Source of the DNA: Flectonema sp. DT1601
Lineage: Eukaryota
Reading direction: 5' to 3'
Length of the DNA stretch: 64,000 nt
Assembly (NCBI GenBank): GCA_964019425.1
Contig: OZ025795.1
Coordinates: 1,302,001 to 1,366,000, forward strand
Shown in pieces: positions 22,540 to 34,621 of the stretch. A program made the translations under genes and the position numbers. Each line of letters begins with the position of its first letter. Within the stretch, counting starts at the first letter, position 1. Below the pieces are notes generated by a model. It searched no databases and was not told the DNA's origin. It saw only the letters and a list, made by a program, of their open reading frames with translations.

Positions 22540-23620
22540 CATTTCTCTTTTATTTTCTTTAGTTGTTTTCAAGCTGTTAGCCTCTGGGCAAGGTGGAAGC
22601 TGGGGGTTGATCACTACCAGCCGAACCTATAAAACTACAATCTTCGCGATTGGGTCCCTGCTGATGCGGGCTACCCAACGTGTTTATTGTCCTACGAATT
22701 TTTGCATTTAATTGAATTTATTCGGATCGATCCAGTGTGGTTCGATCCGAGTCGATTCAAAAAAAAAAAAAAAAAAAAAGGGCTGCTGCCAAATCTATCT
22801 TCAATATTTAATGCTCTACGAGTGGTTTTAGTATATTATCAGTGAATTTATTTATATCCTATTTTAATTTTTTATTTATTTATTTATTTATTAGTTCGAA
22901 GTAGTTTAATAAGCAAGGCGAAGTGGAATGTTAGATTTCAGTAATCTTTCTGTCGAAGCTATTTCAACTATCCATGCTGAGTCTTCGGATATGGCTACGG
23001 ATTGGGTCCTCTGTTGCTGTGAGTTGCTCTCTTAGTAGAGTACTCATAGTATAGAGCAACGTTGGATTATATAAGTAGCTAATTAATTAATTTATTCAAA
23101 CGAGTAGTATAAGATTAAGGGTCCTGAAAACTACGTATTCCACAAGTGTTTTATGGAACAGCAGAACAATGTGTTATTTTTTTTATATAATATTATTTTT
23201 TGATTTAGTGCACCTTTTTAATAATGAACTCATATTCTAAGCTCGAAACCAACCATTATTAGTTTGTTGTCCTGCCAATTTTTGAATTTGGTTTTTTTGT
23301 TTGACAAGTAACTATTAATACTAACCAACTTAGCACTTCTAAAGTTGTGTTTTTATAAATCTTCTTTTTCTTATAGTAATTTAGCGCACTGTTTTTATAA
23401 TAAACTCATATTCTAACTAATTTAGCTCTCGATGAGTAGGACAGGCCTGACATCGCAGTGTCCCCGTTGCTTTCTTCGCTGAAGAGGGCTGGGAAAGGCG
23501 AATGGTCTGAAGAACGATTTCTTTAATTTTATTCCAAAATCCAAACGTTATTTATTTGTTGTCCTACGAATTTTTGCATTTGATTTTCTTAGTTGACTGA
23601 TAACCATTAATACTAACTTA
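22540..23620 (+). repeat. mosaic dispersed repeat family with structured modules; related blocks at ~12600-12690, 32640-33240, 33760-35750, 39130-39420, 41250-41620
   Basis: Shared strings GGGCAAGGTGGAA, GGATTGGGTCCTCTGTTGCTGTGAGTTGC, GTATAAGATTAAG..CCTGAAAACTAC, TTGTCCTACGA. Confidence 0.8.
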
Positions 23621-23736
23621 GCACCTCTATTCATCGTCTTCGCGGTACCAGCCACGACCTCCGTGCGTCTCAACTTTTATTACATAATTTTTATTCTCAG
23701 GTACTATACGGCCATGGAAAACTAATTGTGTATTGT

Positions 23737-25884
23737 ATGCGTCGGGTATGCAGTGATAGAATAGTAGAATGTCTTCTTGTTTCTTCTGGAAATAAATCTA
23801 GTGGAGTGAGGGTAACTACTGGTCAATTAATATCACACATCGAAGCAGGTGGAAGGGCTGACGTCGGAGGACTTGCTGTTGGGATGCGTGTTGTGGAAAT
23901 TGAAGGACATCCAGTTGAGTGTGAAAATATTGAATGGAAGATAAATAAAACAACAACACCATTCTATGTTCAGGTTGTCACAATTATTCCTCATCAGCTT
24001 CGTATAATTATAAACAACAACAAGCAAGTACTACTGAGATCTGCGTCATCATCTAAATTAAAATATTGCAATGATTCCTTTACAATATCTCAATCAGACG
24101 ACAGGCATTGGTTTCTTTATGATATCACATCAAAAGAACACCTCAGCTCATCTGAAACTGTTCGATGCATTCCACATCAATGTCATAGTTGGACTCCTCA
24201 ACGATTACTATTTTCTGACAAGTACTCTTCACTCTGTGCAATATCTAGTGTCCTCTGTGTGATTGCAGCTGTTAGTAAAACTCATGAAGGGCACCTAAAT
24301 TCTTCAAATCCTATGTTGGCGAACCTGTATTCAGGAAATTATTTATTATACGAAGTCTTGATTGAATCCAACAGATGGAACAAGTTGTGTGACAGTAAGC
24401 TGAAAAAGATTTTAGATTATGCGTTGCACATTCCTCGTAGAAAATGTATAAGGCCGAGATTGCCTTTGTCAACGTTGAGATTTTCAGAATGTGATGTCTT
24501 ACGTCCTCATGAACTTCCTTGCAATTACTTAAACAGTCTCACAGATTCTGATTTGAAATTCTTAACGACGAAAGTTTCAAAGAGAAAAACTCATCCTACA
24601 CGGAGCTGTTTGAGTGAATCAAAAGAAAAAAGACAGTTAGGTGGATTGTGTCAAAATAAAATAGAATCACGAAAACGAACTCTGCCTGAAGAAGACATTT
24701 GCAATTGTTCTTTTTGTGATTGTTTAAATGTTAATGAAATTAGTCAAACAAAAAAGTTGAAACCTCATCCACCAATTTCTTCAAAAATATCGAAAATTAA
24801 GCGAACGAGACCAATCAAATCAGAATTCAAATGGATACCATGGAACATAATGGAAACCGCGGGAGTAATGTCCCGCATGAGAAGTTTATTTTGGAATGCC
24901 AGGGTGGAAAGAAACATAAAAAGCAATCGTCTGGCAGATTCACTGCAACGCATTAAAAATGAAAGTGAAAAATCACTCTTAAAGTACTACTACAATCCAT
25001 TTTATTGTAAAGTACAGAGTGAGATAATTACTGCACGTCGCAGAAGGGAATCAATTGAACTGTTGTCGTCTTGTAGTAAAATATATCTGATGAAGAGATA
25101 CTTTAGAAGATTGAATGTAATAAGAATCACAAGAGTCTTTGTGAGATCTACTGCCATTGGGTTGTTACAATCATCATATCAAAAATGGATTCGTTGGGTA
25201 CCTGTCCATCGAAAACAAAGATTACTATTGTGGAGGGATCACCGACTATCACATCTTGAATCGTCACTACTTAAACAATTAGCAAGAAAATCATATTCTA
25301 GGCTACGAATCAATGCTGTTGACAGTAAGGAACGCTCTCAAAGACAAATTATTTTGTTAGAAGAAAGCAGTAGTGTTACTCTTTGTTTAGTTGAGTGTAA
25401 TCTAGAACACAAATCGTATGGTCTAAAAATGCTATTTATTTCTGCGGGTGAATCCTTCTCCTCTGATACACCAGCACTGACAGATTTAGAACTTGTGTTG
25501 CACTCGTTGAGAAGAAAGAGAGCTTCTATTCAAGTAAGAAATTATCTTCATATCCTTGGAGAGAGTAATGTTATAATTATGAAGAGGGGTTTCCGTACTT
25601 GGATGTGTTTTCATTCAATTAACAAGCAAAAAAGGATATTTTCATCGAATTTAAAAGCGAAGCCTTGCACTAATAAAAACCTTCTCACTAAAGCTCTAAC
25701 CAACTTGAGTGGTAAGGTTATTTCTAGTTTGATGAAATCTCATTTTATGAAATTGAGTACCTACAAAGACCGTCAACAACAACTTCAGTCCAACTGTAAG
25801 TCACTAAGCAGCTATTGCCGTTGCCACGGTGTTCACAAAATGATGTGCCCCAAGTATATTAAAACACGTCCCATCCTTTCCTGA
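23737..25884 (+). CDS. hypothetical basic protein with a possible N-terminal PDZ-like domain
   Basis: Long ORF; ISHIEAGGRADVGGLAVGMRVVEIEGHPV resembles a PDZ core. Confidence 0.6.
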   Translation: MRRVCSDRIVECLLVSSGNKSSGVRVTTGQLISHIEAGGRADVGGLAVGMRVVEIEGHPVECENIEWKINKTTTPFYVQVVTIIPHQLRIIINNNKQVLLRSASSSKLKYCNDSFTISQSDDRHWFLYDITSKEHLSSSETVRCIPHQCHSWTPQRLLFSDKYSSLCAISSVLCVIAAVSKTHEGHLNSSNPMLANLYSGNYLLYEVLIESNRWNKLCDSKLKKILDYALHIPRRKCIRPRLPLSTLRFSECDVLRPHELPCNYLNSLTDSDLKFLTTKVSKRKTHPTRSCLSESKEKRQLGGLCQNKIESRKRTLPEEDICNCSFCDCLNVNEISQTKKLKPHPPISSKISKIKRTRPIKSEFKWIPWNIMETAGVMSRMRSLFWNARVERNIKSNRLADSLQRIKNESEKSLLKYYYNPFYCKVQSEIITARRRRESIELLSSCSKIYLMKRYFRRLNVIRITRVFVRSTAIGLLQSSYQKWIRWVPVHRKQRLLLWRDHRLSHLESSLLKQLARKSYSRLRINAVDSKERSQRQIILLEESSSVTLCLVECNLEHKSYGLKMLFISAGESFSSDTPALTDLELVLHSLRRKRASIQVRNYLHILGESNVIIMKRGFRTWMCFHSINKQKRIFSSNLKAKPCTNKNLLTKALTNLSGKVISSLMKSHFMKLSTYKDRQQQLQSNCKSLSSYCRCHGVHKMMCPKYIKTRPILS

Positions 25885-25995
25885 TTTACACACCATTTCT
25901 ACAAAAAAACAATAAAAGTTAAATGAATTTATTTTGCTTTAATGATTTCATATTTCACCCCCCGTTCCCAATCAGTTATATCAAAAAAAGCAATC

Positions 25996-28134
25996 ATGCA
26001 GAATATCAAAGTAACGGGTGACTCTTGGGATAAGGTTGAAATCATCCCTCTTGGTAGTGGTAACGAAGTAGGAAGATCATGCGTGGTTTGTAAGTTTAAA
26101 GGAAAACAAGTTATGTTTGATTGCGGAGTTCATCCAGCCAATAGCGGTGTCGACAGTTTACCGTTTTTTGACACTATTAATGCTGAAGAGATTGACTTGG
26201 TGTTAATTACGCATTTTCATTTGGATCACTGCGGAGCGGTTCCATACTTTTTACAAGAAACTGGTTTTAAAGGAAAGATAGTAATGACTCATCCAACTAA
26301 AAAGATCTTTAGAATGGTAATGCAAGACTTTATTAGAGTCACTTCAGGTGTACACGACGTCTGTACTGAAGCTTGGTTAGAAAAAGCTTTGGAAAAAATT
26401 GAAACTTTTGACTATCACCAAGAAGCATCACACAATGGTATTAAATTCCATTCATACAACGCTGGTCACGTACTGGGTGCTGCTATGTGGATGATTGAGA
26501 TTTGTGGTGTTCGAATCTTATACACAGGAGACTTTTCAAGACAACCGGACAGACATTTAATGGGAGCGGAAACACCCGTTGTCGTCCCTGACGTACTTAT
26601 TGTTGAATCTACATACGGCATTCAGGTTCATGAACCGAGGGAAGATCGTGAAAAAAAATTCACAAAATGGATTTCTGATGTTGTGATGAGAGGTGGTAGA
26701 TGCCTACTACCAGTGTTCGCCTTAGGAAGATCACAAGAACTACTTCTTATTTTAGACGAGTATTGGTCAGAACATAAAGAATTACAATCAATTCCTATTT
26801 ATTATGCTTCATCACTCGCTAAGAGATGTAATACTGTTTTCGAGAGTTACATCGCATTGATGAATGACAGAATACAGAAACAATACGATGTACTAAAACA
26901 CAAAAACAATCCATTCGTATTTAAACATATCAGTTTATTAAAAGATATTAAAACATTTGATGATTCTGGTCCGTGTGTTGTATTAGCAAGTCCTGGAATG
27001 TTACAATCAGGAGTAAGCAGACAATTATTTGAACGATGGTGCACTGATGAGAAAAACGGTGTTGTTATTGCTGGATATTGCGTAGCAGGTACTTTAGCCA
27101 GACAGATTCAAAGCAATCCAAGTGAAGTCCAACGTGAAGACGGAAAAGTTCTCCCTCTTCGATGCAGTGTTCACACTGTCTCATTTAGTGCTCATTCTGA
27201 TTTTCAACAAACTCGTGAGTTCGTTGAAACCATCGGAACAAAACATGTCGTTCTTGTCCATGGAGATTCAATGAATATGTCTAGATTGAGAAATAGACTA
27301 GTGAAAGACTTCCCATACTTGTCTTGTCACACTCCTGCAAACACTCAAGTTATAAAAATACCATTTCATCCTCAAAGGATTTGTAAAGTTATTGGAAGCA
27401 ACACTAACACTACTTCAGGAAATCACTTGAAAGGATTAATGGTAATTAGTAAAGACTTTCAACATACTTTACTTGAACCTGGTGATCTTCCAACATACAC
27501 AGAGTTGACTGTCGCTGATATATCGCAAGCGGTTTACGTTCCGTTGTTAAAGTACTTCTCAGCACACGATATCGAAGAGCACTTGAGTAAGTACTTTTCT
27601 GGAGTAACAATGTTGGGAGAGGACCCTCAAATAACACTTGCTGTTGGAGCTGAAGATAATGAAATAGTATTGGTGATCTCTGGATGTGTTCATATTATTC
27701 TTCATCAATCTGACACCACAACTGTTTGTATAAAGTGGAGATCAAGCAGATTCACTGACATAGTAGCAGACTCTACATGTGTTAGTCTTTTATGTTTATT
27801 AAAACCTTCTACTCAAGAGATGCCTCAGGATGCTGGTGATGATGTATTCCGTCTTAGATGCATGCATAAAATGTTATCTCAACACTTTTTAGGTGTCCAT
27901 TTGCATCTTGGAGAAAGACGATTCACATTCACAGTTGACGGTGAGTCAGTTACGGTAATTGCACCTTTTACTATTGACTGTGATAGTCCAGCAGTAGTAG
28001 CAAAGGTTAGAGCAGTCACTCATAGAATCTTCTTATCGGTCTGGCCGATTCCTGAAGACTTTGGTTGGTGTGGATGTGGTGAAGATCACCAACCGACAAA
28101 AATAAGAGCTGTTTCGAGTAGCAGTGTTTTATAG
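25996..28134 (+). CDS. CPSF3: cleavage and polyadenylation specificity factor 73 kDa endonuclease
   Basis: PLGSGNEVGRSC, THFHLDHCG metallo-beta-lactamase motif, AGHVLGAAM, YTGDFS, beta-CASP region, FSAHSD. Upstream in-frame ATG at 25942 also possible. Confidence 0.96.
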   Translation: MQNIKVTGDSWDKVEIIPLGSGNEVGRSCVVCKFKGKQVMFDCGVHPANSGVDSLPFFDTINAEEIDLVLITHFHLDHCGAVPYFLQETGFKGKIVMTHPTKKIFRMVMQDFIRVTSGVHDVCTEAWLEKALEKIETFDYHQEASHNGIKFHSYNAGHVLGAAMWMIEICGVRILYTGDFSRQPDRHLMGAETPVVVPDVLIVESTYGIQVHEPREDREKKFTKWISDVVMRGGRCLLPVFALGRSQELLLILDEYWSEHKELQSIPIYYASSLAKRCNTVFESYIALMNDRIQKQYDVLKHKNNPFVFKHISLLKDIKTFDDSGPCVVLASPGMLQSGVSRQLFERWCTDEKNGVVIAGYCVAGTLARQIQSNPSEVQREDGKVLPLRCSVHTVSFSAHSDFQQTREFVETIGTKHVVLVHGDSMNMSRLRNRLVKDFPYLSCHTPANTQVIKIPFHPQRICKVIGSNTNTTSGNHLKGLMVISKDFQHTLLEPGDLPTYTELTVADISQAVYVPLLKYFSAHDIEEHLSKYFSGVTMLGEDPQITLAVGAEDNEIVLVISGCVHIILHQSDTTTVCIKWRSSRFTDIVADSTCVSLLCLLKPSTQEMPQDAGDDVFRLRCMHKMLSQHFLGVHLHLGERRFTFTVDGESVTVIAPFTIDCDSPAVVAKVRAVTHRIFLSVWPIPEDFGWCGCGEDHQPTKIRAVSSSSVL

Positions 28135-29084
28135 TAACGTCCTGTCTGATAAATTCTTCGTGCGAGTAACATTTGTTATGGCAGCGGGTTGTTGAAGACC
28201 TTCCCAGTAGATCATATCTGTGGAACCAAAAAAAAGTAATAAATAGATGCTGTGAAAAAGTTATTACAGTTATCTATTCAAAGCTTTGAGTGTAGATAAA
28301 AAAGAGGAGAGTAGTTACCACTCGAGGTACAAGTCTTTGAAAAAGAAAAAAAAAAAAAAGAACCCAACCCATCCCTTCCCAACCTGTTGCTAACAAGAAG
28401 AAGTGTTTTGATACGAGTGTTGCGACCGAAGAAAAGAACTATTTCCCTCCAGTTTGTCAGATATTCGTGTCGTGATAAGTGTGGCTAAGAGCTCTGTTTT
28501 TTTTTTTTTGGTTTTTTTTTTTTAGTTTTCTATTGGATCGGAAACAGCAATAATCTTCTCATCCTCTCGCAGATTTCGTTATGGAAGAACTGTCTGGCCT
28601 GAATTTCAAGTGTTTCTTCCTATTTGTCTGACTGATACCGCAACGAGGCTTCTTTACTCTTCGTTCCGCCAGGTTAAATATATATTTACTCATCCTCCCA
28701 CAGATTTTTGCAGATAAATTAATTTACCAACTTAAAGTGGTCAGGCTCGATATTGTTTTGTTCTATTTGCAGGTTTGAAAAATTTCTCGTCTTTTTTAAA
28801 ATTTTTATTTTTTTTTTAGTTTCATTTTGTTTTTTGTTTTTCTTTTTTAAAAATGCGTAACTATTTCTTCAGTGTAAACACGAACAGAACAGACGACTGC
28901 TATTTGGCAGTCCAGAATTGGGGTACTTAGGTTATTGGTATTATTATTGCTATTTCTTTTTAAAACAGCAATACACACAAACATTCTTAAGGAAGCTTGT
29001 GTATGCCTTCGGCATAGGAGTTTAATTTAATTATATTTCATTGATTTAAGATATCATTTCAACAATCACAGTAATTCACCTTCG

Positions 29085-29798
29085 ATGACTGCTCAAAGAA
29101 CGAGAACTACAGCAGGGAGGATTTGTCGAATTTGTAACGGACCGGGAACCACCGTAATTATAAAACTACCTGGAGTTAGGGAGAGTTTTGTACACGAAAA
29201 GTGTCGTAAACGATTCGAAGAAGGTTACACGAGAAGATGTAACACTTGTGGTGAATTATGTAAGAGTAGTGATGATTGTCAAACTGATGAGATTGGCCAC
29301 CTGATGCACATAACGTGTCACGAAAAGTCAAATTCAAAACCGACTAAGATGATGATTGTTAAATCCGTTCGTATTGAAGACAGCAGAACAACGATATCTG
29401 ATGATTTAGATAAGTTTTCTGTTGGACGAATTGGAACTTTTCGTAATTGGAGATCAAGACGATTTGTTGCTGATCGATTTGGAATTGAATATTTCAAAGG
29501 TTCTTCTCAGCGTGGAAGAGTCTCCTTCACACCTTCAACTCGACTTCGACTTGCCTGCACTAGCAAACATCATCCTCGTGCTGTTGGTTCGACTGCTTTT
29601 TATTTACTAATTTCATTTCGTGAGATTGATGAAAATAGAACCATGTTGATTAGAACAACATCAAGTTCTACATACGATAAGTGGGCTTCATTTCTGTCTC
29701 AGCATATCATAGCTGTTGGAGATTCCGATTCGGAAGGGGCTTCGGAGTGCTCTCTCTCTGACACATACAGATCTGTTTCTTACAGTGATGTTTTGTAG
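29085..29798 (+). CDS. protein with two Cys/His zinc-binding (LIM-like) motifs and a PH-like domain
   Basis: CxxC..HxxC twice; FRNWRSRRFV..IEYFK..RGRV..YDKWASFL PH pattern. Confidence 0.6.
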   Translation: MTAQRTRTTAGRICRICNGPGTTVIIKLPGVRESFVHEKCRKRFEEGYTRRCNTCGELCKSSDDCQTDEIGHLMHITCHEKSNSKPTKMMIVKSVRIEDSRTTISDDLDKFSVGRIGTFRNWRSRRFVADRFGIEYFKGSSQRGRVSFTPSTRLRLACTSKHHPRAVGSTAFYLLISFREIDENRTMLIRTTSSSTYDKWASFLSQHIIAVGDSDSEGASECSLSDTYRSVSYSDVL

Positions 29799-30767
29799 TG
29801 AATTGATAAAAGTCATCATCCTCAAAAAGTAGTGATTGATTTTTGTTCCCTTTCAAAAAAAAAAAAAAACTGTGTTGATACTTTCAATGATGAGTTATTT
29901 TCGCTCAAATCTGTTTTATTGTCCTTCTTTTTTTTCTTCTCTTCTTTTATAATAATGTTCACTTTTGAGCATAGCCATACATACGAAACGCCCCAAAACT
30001 AGATAGGCTGACTTTGCTCAGTTTATTTGCATCTATCTTCTTATCCCCATTTTTTATTTTTAATCTAAACGAATTTTTTTTTTTTTTTTTAAACCTACAA
30101 AACCCTATTGTTTCGGTAGAATGAGAATCGTGGCAGCGTAACTTATTCCTTTATTAGGATTTTGTGTTGCGCACAAAAAAATAAACAAAAGTGTTGAGCA
30201 AAAAAAAGTAATAAAAAAAGAAATTGAAGTTGGTTCTTTTTTATATCATCTTTTTACGTGAAAACACTTGGCACACATGCTGTTTTTCTTAACTCCGGAG
30301 TAATGTTGTTGTAATCGAAAAAAAAAAAAAGAAAAAAAAAAAGAAAAAAGCTCCTAAGGACCAAAAATATTTCTTTCCACAATACCAGAATGTGTCCGCC
30401 AGCTATCCACTCCAAACTGCGTTTTATTTTCTTGCGCAAACTAAAGGGGAAAATCTGTTTAATTTCCCCCCTTTTTTTTATTTTTTTAAATTTTTGTTTT
30501 TTGTTTACTCATATTGGATTGTTTCTTTTACTATTCCAACTTATTATTTTTTAATCTTTTCTCTCGTTTTGTGTAAAGGATCGACATAGTAAACGTAAAG
30601 TACGTTTGGGCAATATATTTTACGAGGATTTACGAAGTTCTTGCAGCCTTATCGAAATATTATTTTGTTCATATTGTTGTCCATTTGTGATGACATTATT
30701 TAAACTGCAGATGGTCCATCTTTCTGCGTCTTATTTGATTTCCCCCTTTTATTTTTTTTTCATTTAA

Positions 30768-31314
30768 TCCTTACACCACCGCAAGAAGGTCAGTTTCTTT
30801 TTTTTTTTTTTTTTTTTTTGAATTTTTACAATTTTGATTTTGGCAAAGGGTCCCCACAGAATGATATCTTGAGCATCCTGTCACTTCCCCCCGTCAAAAA
30901 TCACACATCCGCAACACTACTCACTAAATCCTTGTCATTGATGTTAAGGAGGGAGGTTTCAGGGTCCCTCTATATAAAATGTACGGGGATGAGATTTCGG
31001 GACACGCAAGCACGAGAATGCCAAATGGCATCCCTCGTTGATCACAAAAACCGCAAAAATTGGTGTAAAAAAACAACCCTTTAATACACGAATTGCACAA
31101 GGTACTTACAGTTAGATATGTTCTGTTGTAAAGCTGGCGGCATATTATCGTCACCGACACCAGAGACTTCCTCAGATGAGCATAGTGCTCTAGAACCATG
31201 GATGCCTTATTCCTGTGGGGAGTGTTGTGAAATCGTTGTACTGGGAAGTAAAAAAAAGATTTAGACGAAAATAATTTTTTTTTCAAGCTGATTTATCAGC
31301 TGGTGGTGTAAGGG
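30768..31314. mobile_element. non-autonomous piggyBac-like element
   Basis: TTAA on both sides (30764-67 and 31315-18); TIR TCCTTACACCACC / GGTGGTGTAAGGG (12/13). Confidence 0.8.
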
Positions 31315-34300
31315 TTAACAAGTATTGTAAGAACGAGAAAGGAATGTAGGGTAGCACACGTAAACCTCCTTTAGCTTTATCAGTTCAAGTCGGTTCACGG
31401 TTACGTGCACAAAGAATGTCGAAACTGGACATCACAATTCTTTTGTCGTTCGCTATGTTTTTTTTTTTTTTTTTTTTTTTTTTCTTGCCTTCAGAACTGT
31501 TGTGTCAGAAACAATCTCCTTTCGTCTTCTCGCTTGTGCGAGTCTCGGGGTGATTGTCCAACCTTTGGAACACAAGTTATTTCTTTTTTTTCTTTTTTCT
31601 TTTTGAATTTTTTTTCTTCAAAAAGAAAAAGTATTTGCCTAACAAAAGATTGCAAAGTCGATGGCGTTTTATAATATTTTCGCATTCAGCTACTCAGACG
31701 GTCACAAGAAAATATTTTTGACTGACGTGTGTTTTTGTGGGATTTCTCCATTGATATTAGATTGTCTTTCTGAATGAGCTGCGGTCTCACAGTAATTTCT
31801 TAGATTGCTGACAGAGACCAGCATCCTTGTTGATCAGCTTCTCCCAATTCTTTTGAAAAAAAAAAAAAAAAAGAAATAAAATAAAAGGTCAACAGTATGC
31901 ATAATCCAGCTAATTTTGAAGGGTCAATTGGGGGGGAACCTCAACGAATTTTCGTTTTTTTTTTTTTTTTTTTTTTATTGTTGTTTTTTTTCATGCTTCC
32001 ACATACCTAATTATAATTTTACAGATTTTTTTGATAACAATTTGTCTCATCCTCTTCTACATCAAAAAAAAAAAAAAAGAAACTACCCTTCACTTTAATT
32101 TTATTGTTCTCTTTTTTTTTTCTTCCCTAAAAAAGTGAATTCTTCATGTCATCACCATGCATCTCTCGACTATATGTGAGAGTCAAAAAAAAAAAAAATT
32201 AAAAAAAAGAAAAATTGATTTTTCCTGTTGAAATAAAAGTAGTGATCGATGAGCAAAACAAAACTGTTTTTTTTTCTTCTTTTTTTTTTTAAAAAAAGAA
32301 ATTCTTATTCTTAAAGCAAGCAAAGAAACTTTTGATGTTTAAGTAAGCAATATTTTTGATTCTGTTCCTCACAGAATTCCTTACAGATTGGTATATTTAT
32401 TCGTAGTATCGCATTGTTGCAGTTCTTCTTTTTAAAGCCCTTTGCAATATTAATTGTTTCGGGTCTTTTAATTCTTTTAAGTGGTATAGAGGGGGAGGGA
32501 GGTTACTAGGAATATGAAGAAAGGTTTTATTATATAAATGGATTTGAAAAAGATGCTTTTTGTATTTACTCCTTATCTCCATTCCCGCCCCTGATTAATC
32601 CTTTCGTATCGTATTATATCCCTCTCTGGTTTTTTTTTTTTTTTCAACCTGTTAGTCTGGGCAAGGTGGACAACTGGAATTGAACCTTTCAGCCGAAGCT
32701 ATAAAAATGCAATTTTCGTGGCTGAGCCATCTCCTGGTGTGGGTTACCCAGACTACCCGGACTTGCAATTATAATAAACTCGTTTATTTATTTGTGATTA
32801 CCCCTCTATTACTATCCAAGTATGAGATTAAAGCCTTTTGAAAACTACATATTTCACAGCGTTAAATGGAACAGCAGAAACAATGTTGTTTGTTTTTAAT
32901 ATATTTCTTTCTTTCATTTTTGATTCAATGTTGTTACTTTATAACAAAACTCGTATTCTAGCATACTTCTCTGACGTCATGGTCGGTGATCAAAAAAAGG
33001 AACGTGTTTGGTTAATATAAACCTTTTTTTTTTTTTTTTGTAGTCTCTTCTCTAGGGAATTCTAAATTTCTCTTTTATTTTCTTTAGTTGTTTACAACCT
33101 GTTAGCCTCTGGGCAAGGTGGAAACTGGAAGTCGATCACTTCCAGTCGATATCATAAAGTACAATCTTCGCGATTGGGCCCTTACTGATGTGGGCTACCC
33201 AGACTGATGACCCTTCGTAGTCATCAGTTTGTATTTGCTGACTAATTAAATAAAATCTTTTCCAACAACGGGATTCCGACTGAGTATTGATTTACTATCT
33301 GATTCACAACATTAATCTTTGTGTAACTTCATGATTATTTTGATGCTCTGAAGTCGCGTGAGCGATACGTAACAAAAAGCTTTAAAGAAATTGAACTGCA
33401 AGGTCTCTCCTTCTTTTTTTGTTTTTGTTTTTTGTTTTTGTATTCTTCATTTTGTCTTTCATGAATTTCCGACGGCATATAACTGGCCACTTTGAACGGA
33501 AAGCTTTGTATCTTTCTTGTTTTAATGTTCAAATTAAATCTATCACCTTTTTTCTTCTCTTGTTTTATCGCAGAACTCATCGGCCGTGCTACCAACTATT
33601 CAGATTAAGAGCCTTCTATTTATTGATCGCAGCTGTGATCAACTTAATATGAGGCTTACCTGAATGGTTTTTTTTTTTAACGAAAAAATCCAGAGACAAA
33701 ACCAGTCACTACCAGCTCCCTGCAGTCATTAATCTTTTCCCCTTGCTCTTTTCTTTCTAAAGGTACCTTTTCTTTGATTAACAACTACAAATATTTTTGT
33801 CAGTCAAGTACTTGATATTAATTTTGTTTTTAATACCTAAAGTTGTTACTGTTTTTTAATTGTCAAAGTTTCACCCCCTTGTTCTTTTCTTTCTTTCCAA
33901 CAATGTGTTGTAGTAAATGTTGCAGTCCCCACATGCACTCGCAAGTTCGTTTTTTGCGTCCTTGAGAGTGGCGAGCAGTCGGCTCTTAACAATAGTGCGT
34001 GAACGGGAGCGAGGTTAGAGCTACGCATGTATTTTTTATATAGTGACTCGCTCGTTGGTATTATTATTTTTTTGTTAGCAACTTGTTATTATTATTAGTA
34101 AATAAACCCGTTAGGGAATTCAACTATCCACACCGTCTTCGGAAACGGTTACGGATTGGGTCCTCTGTTGCTGTGAGTTGCTCTCCTAGAGCACTCATAA
34201 TATAGAGCAACGTTGGGTTATATAACTAAAATTATCTGCCAAAAACTTCATATGCTTAACCTTTGTTGCTTTTATCTTGTATGTGCTGGTACCCTGCTAA

Positions 34301-34584
34301 TCAGTAACAAAAGTGAGGAATCTATTTCTGGTTTTTTTTTTTTTTTTTTTTTTTTTAAAATTCCAATCCTAACAGAACTACAGTTTTATTATCAATTCAC
34401 TTTTAGCTTTATTAAGCCAGGCAAGGTGGAAAGCTGAAGATTTTGATGTCATCTAACTTTTCCGTTAACTTAATTTATATTTCTTTGGCTAATTAACTTA
34501 TCAAGCAATCCAAATCTGAGTCTTGAAACGGCTACGGATTAGTTCCTCCGCCTTGGATGGAACAGTAGAAACGATTGTGTTAAA

Positions 34585-34621
<37 letters not shown>

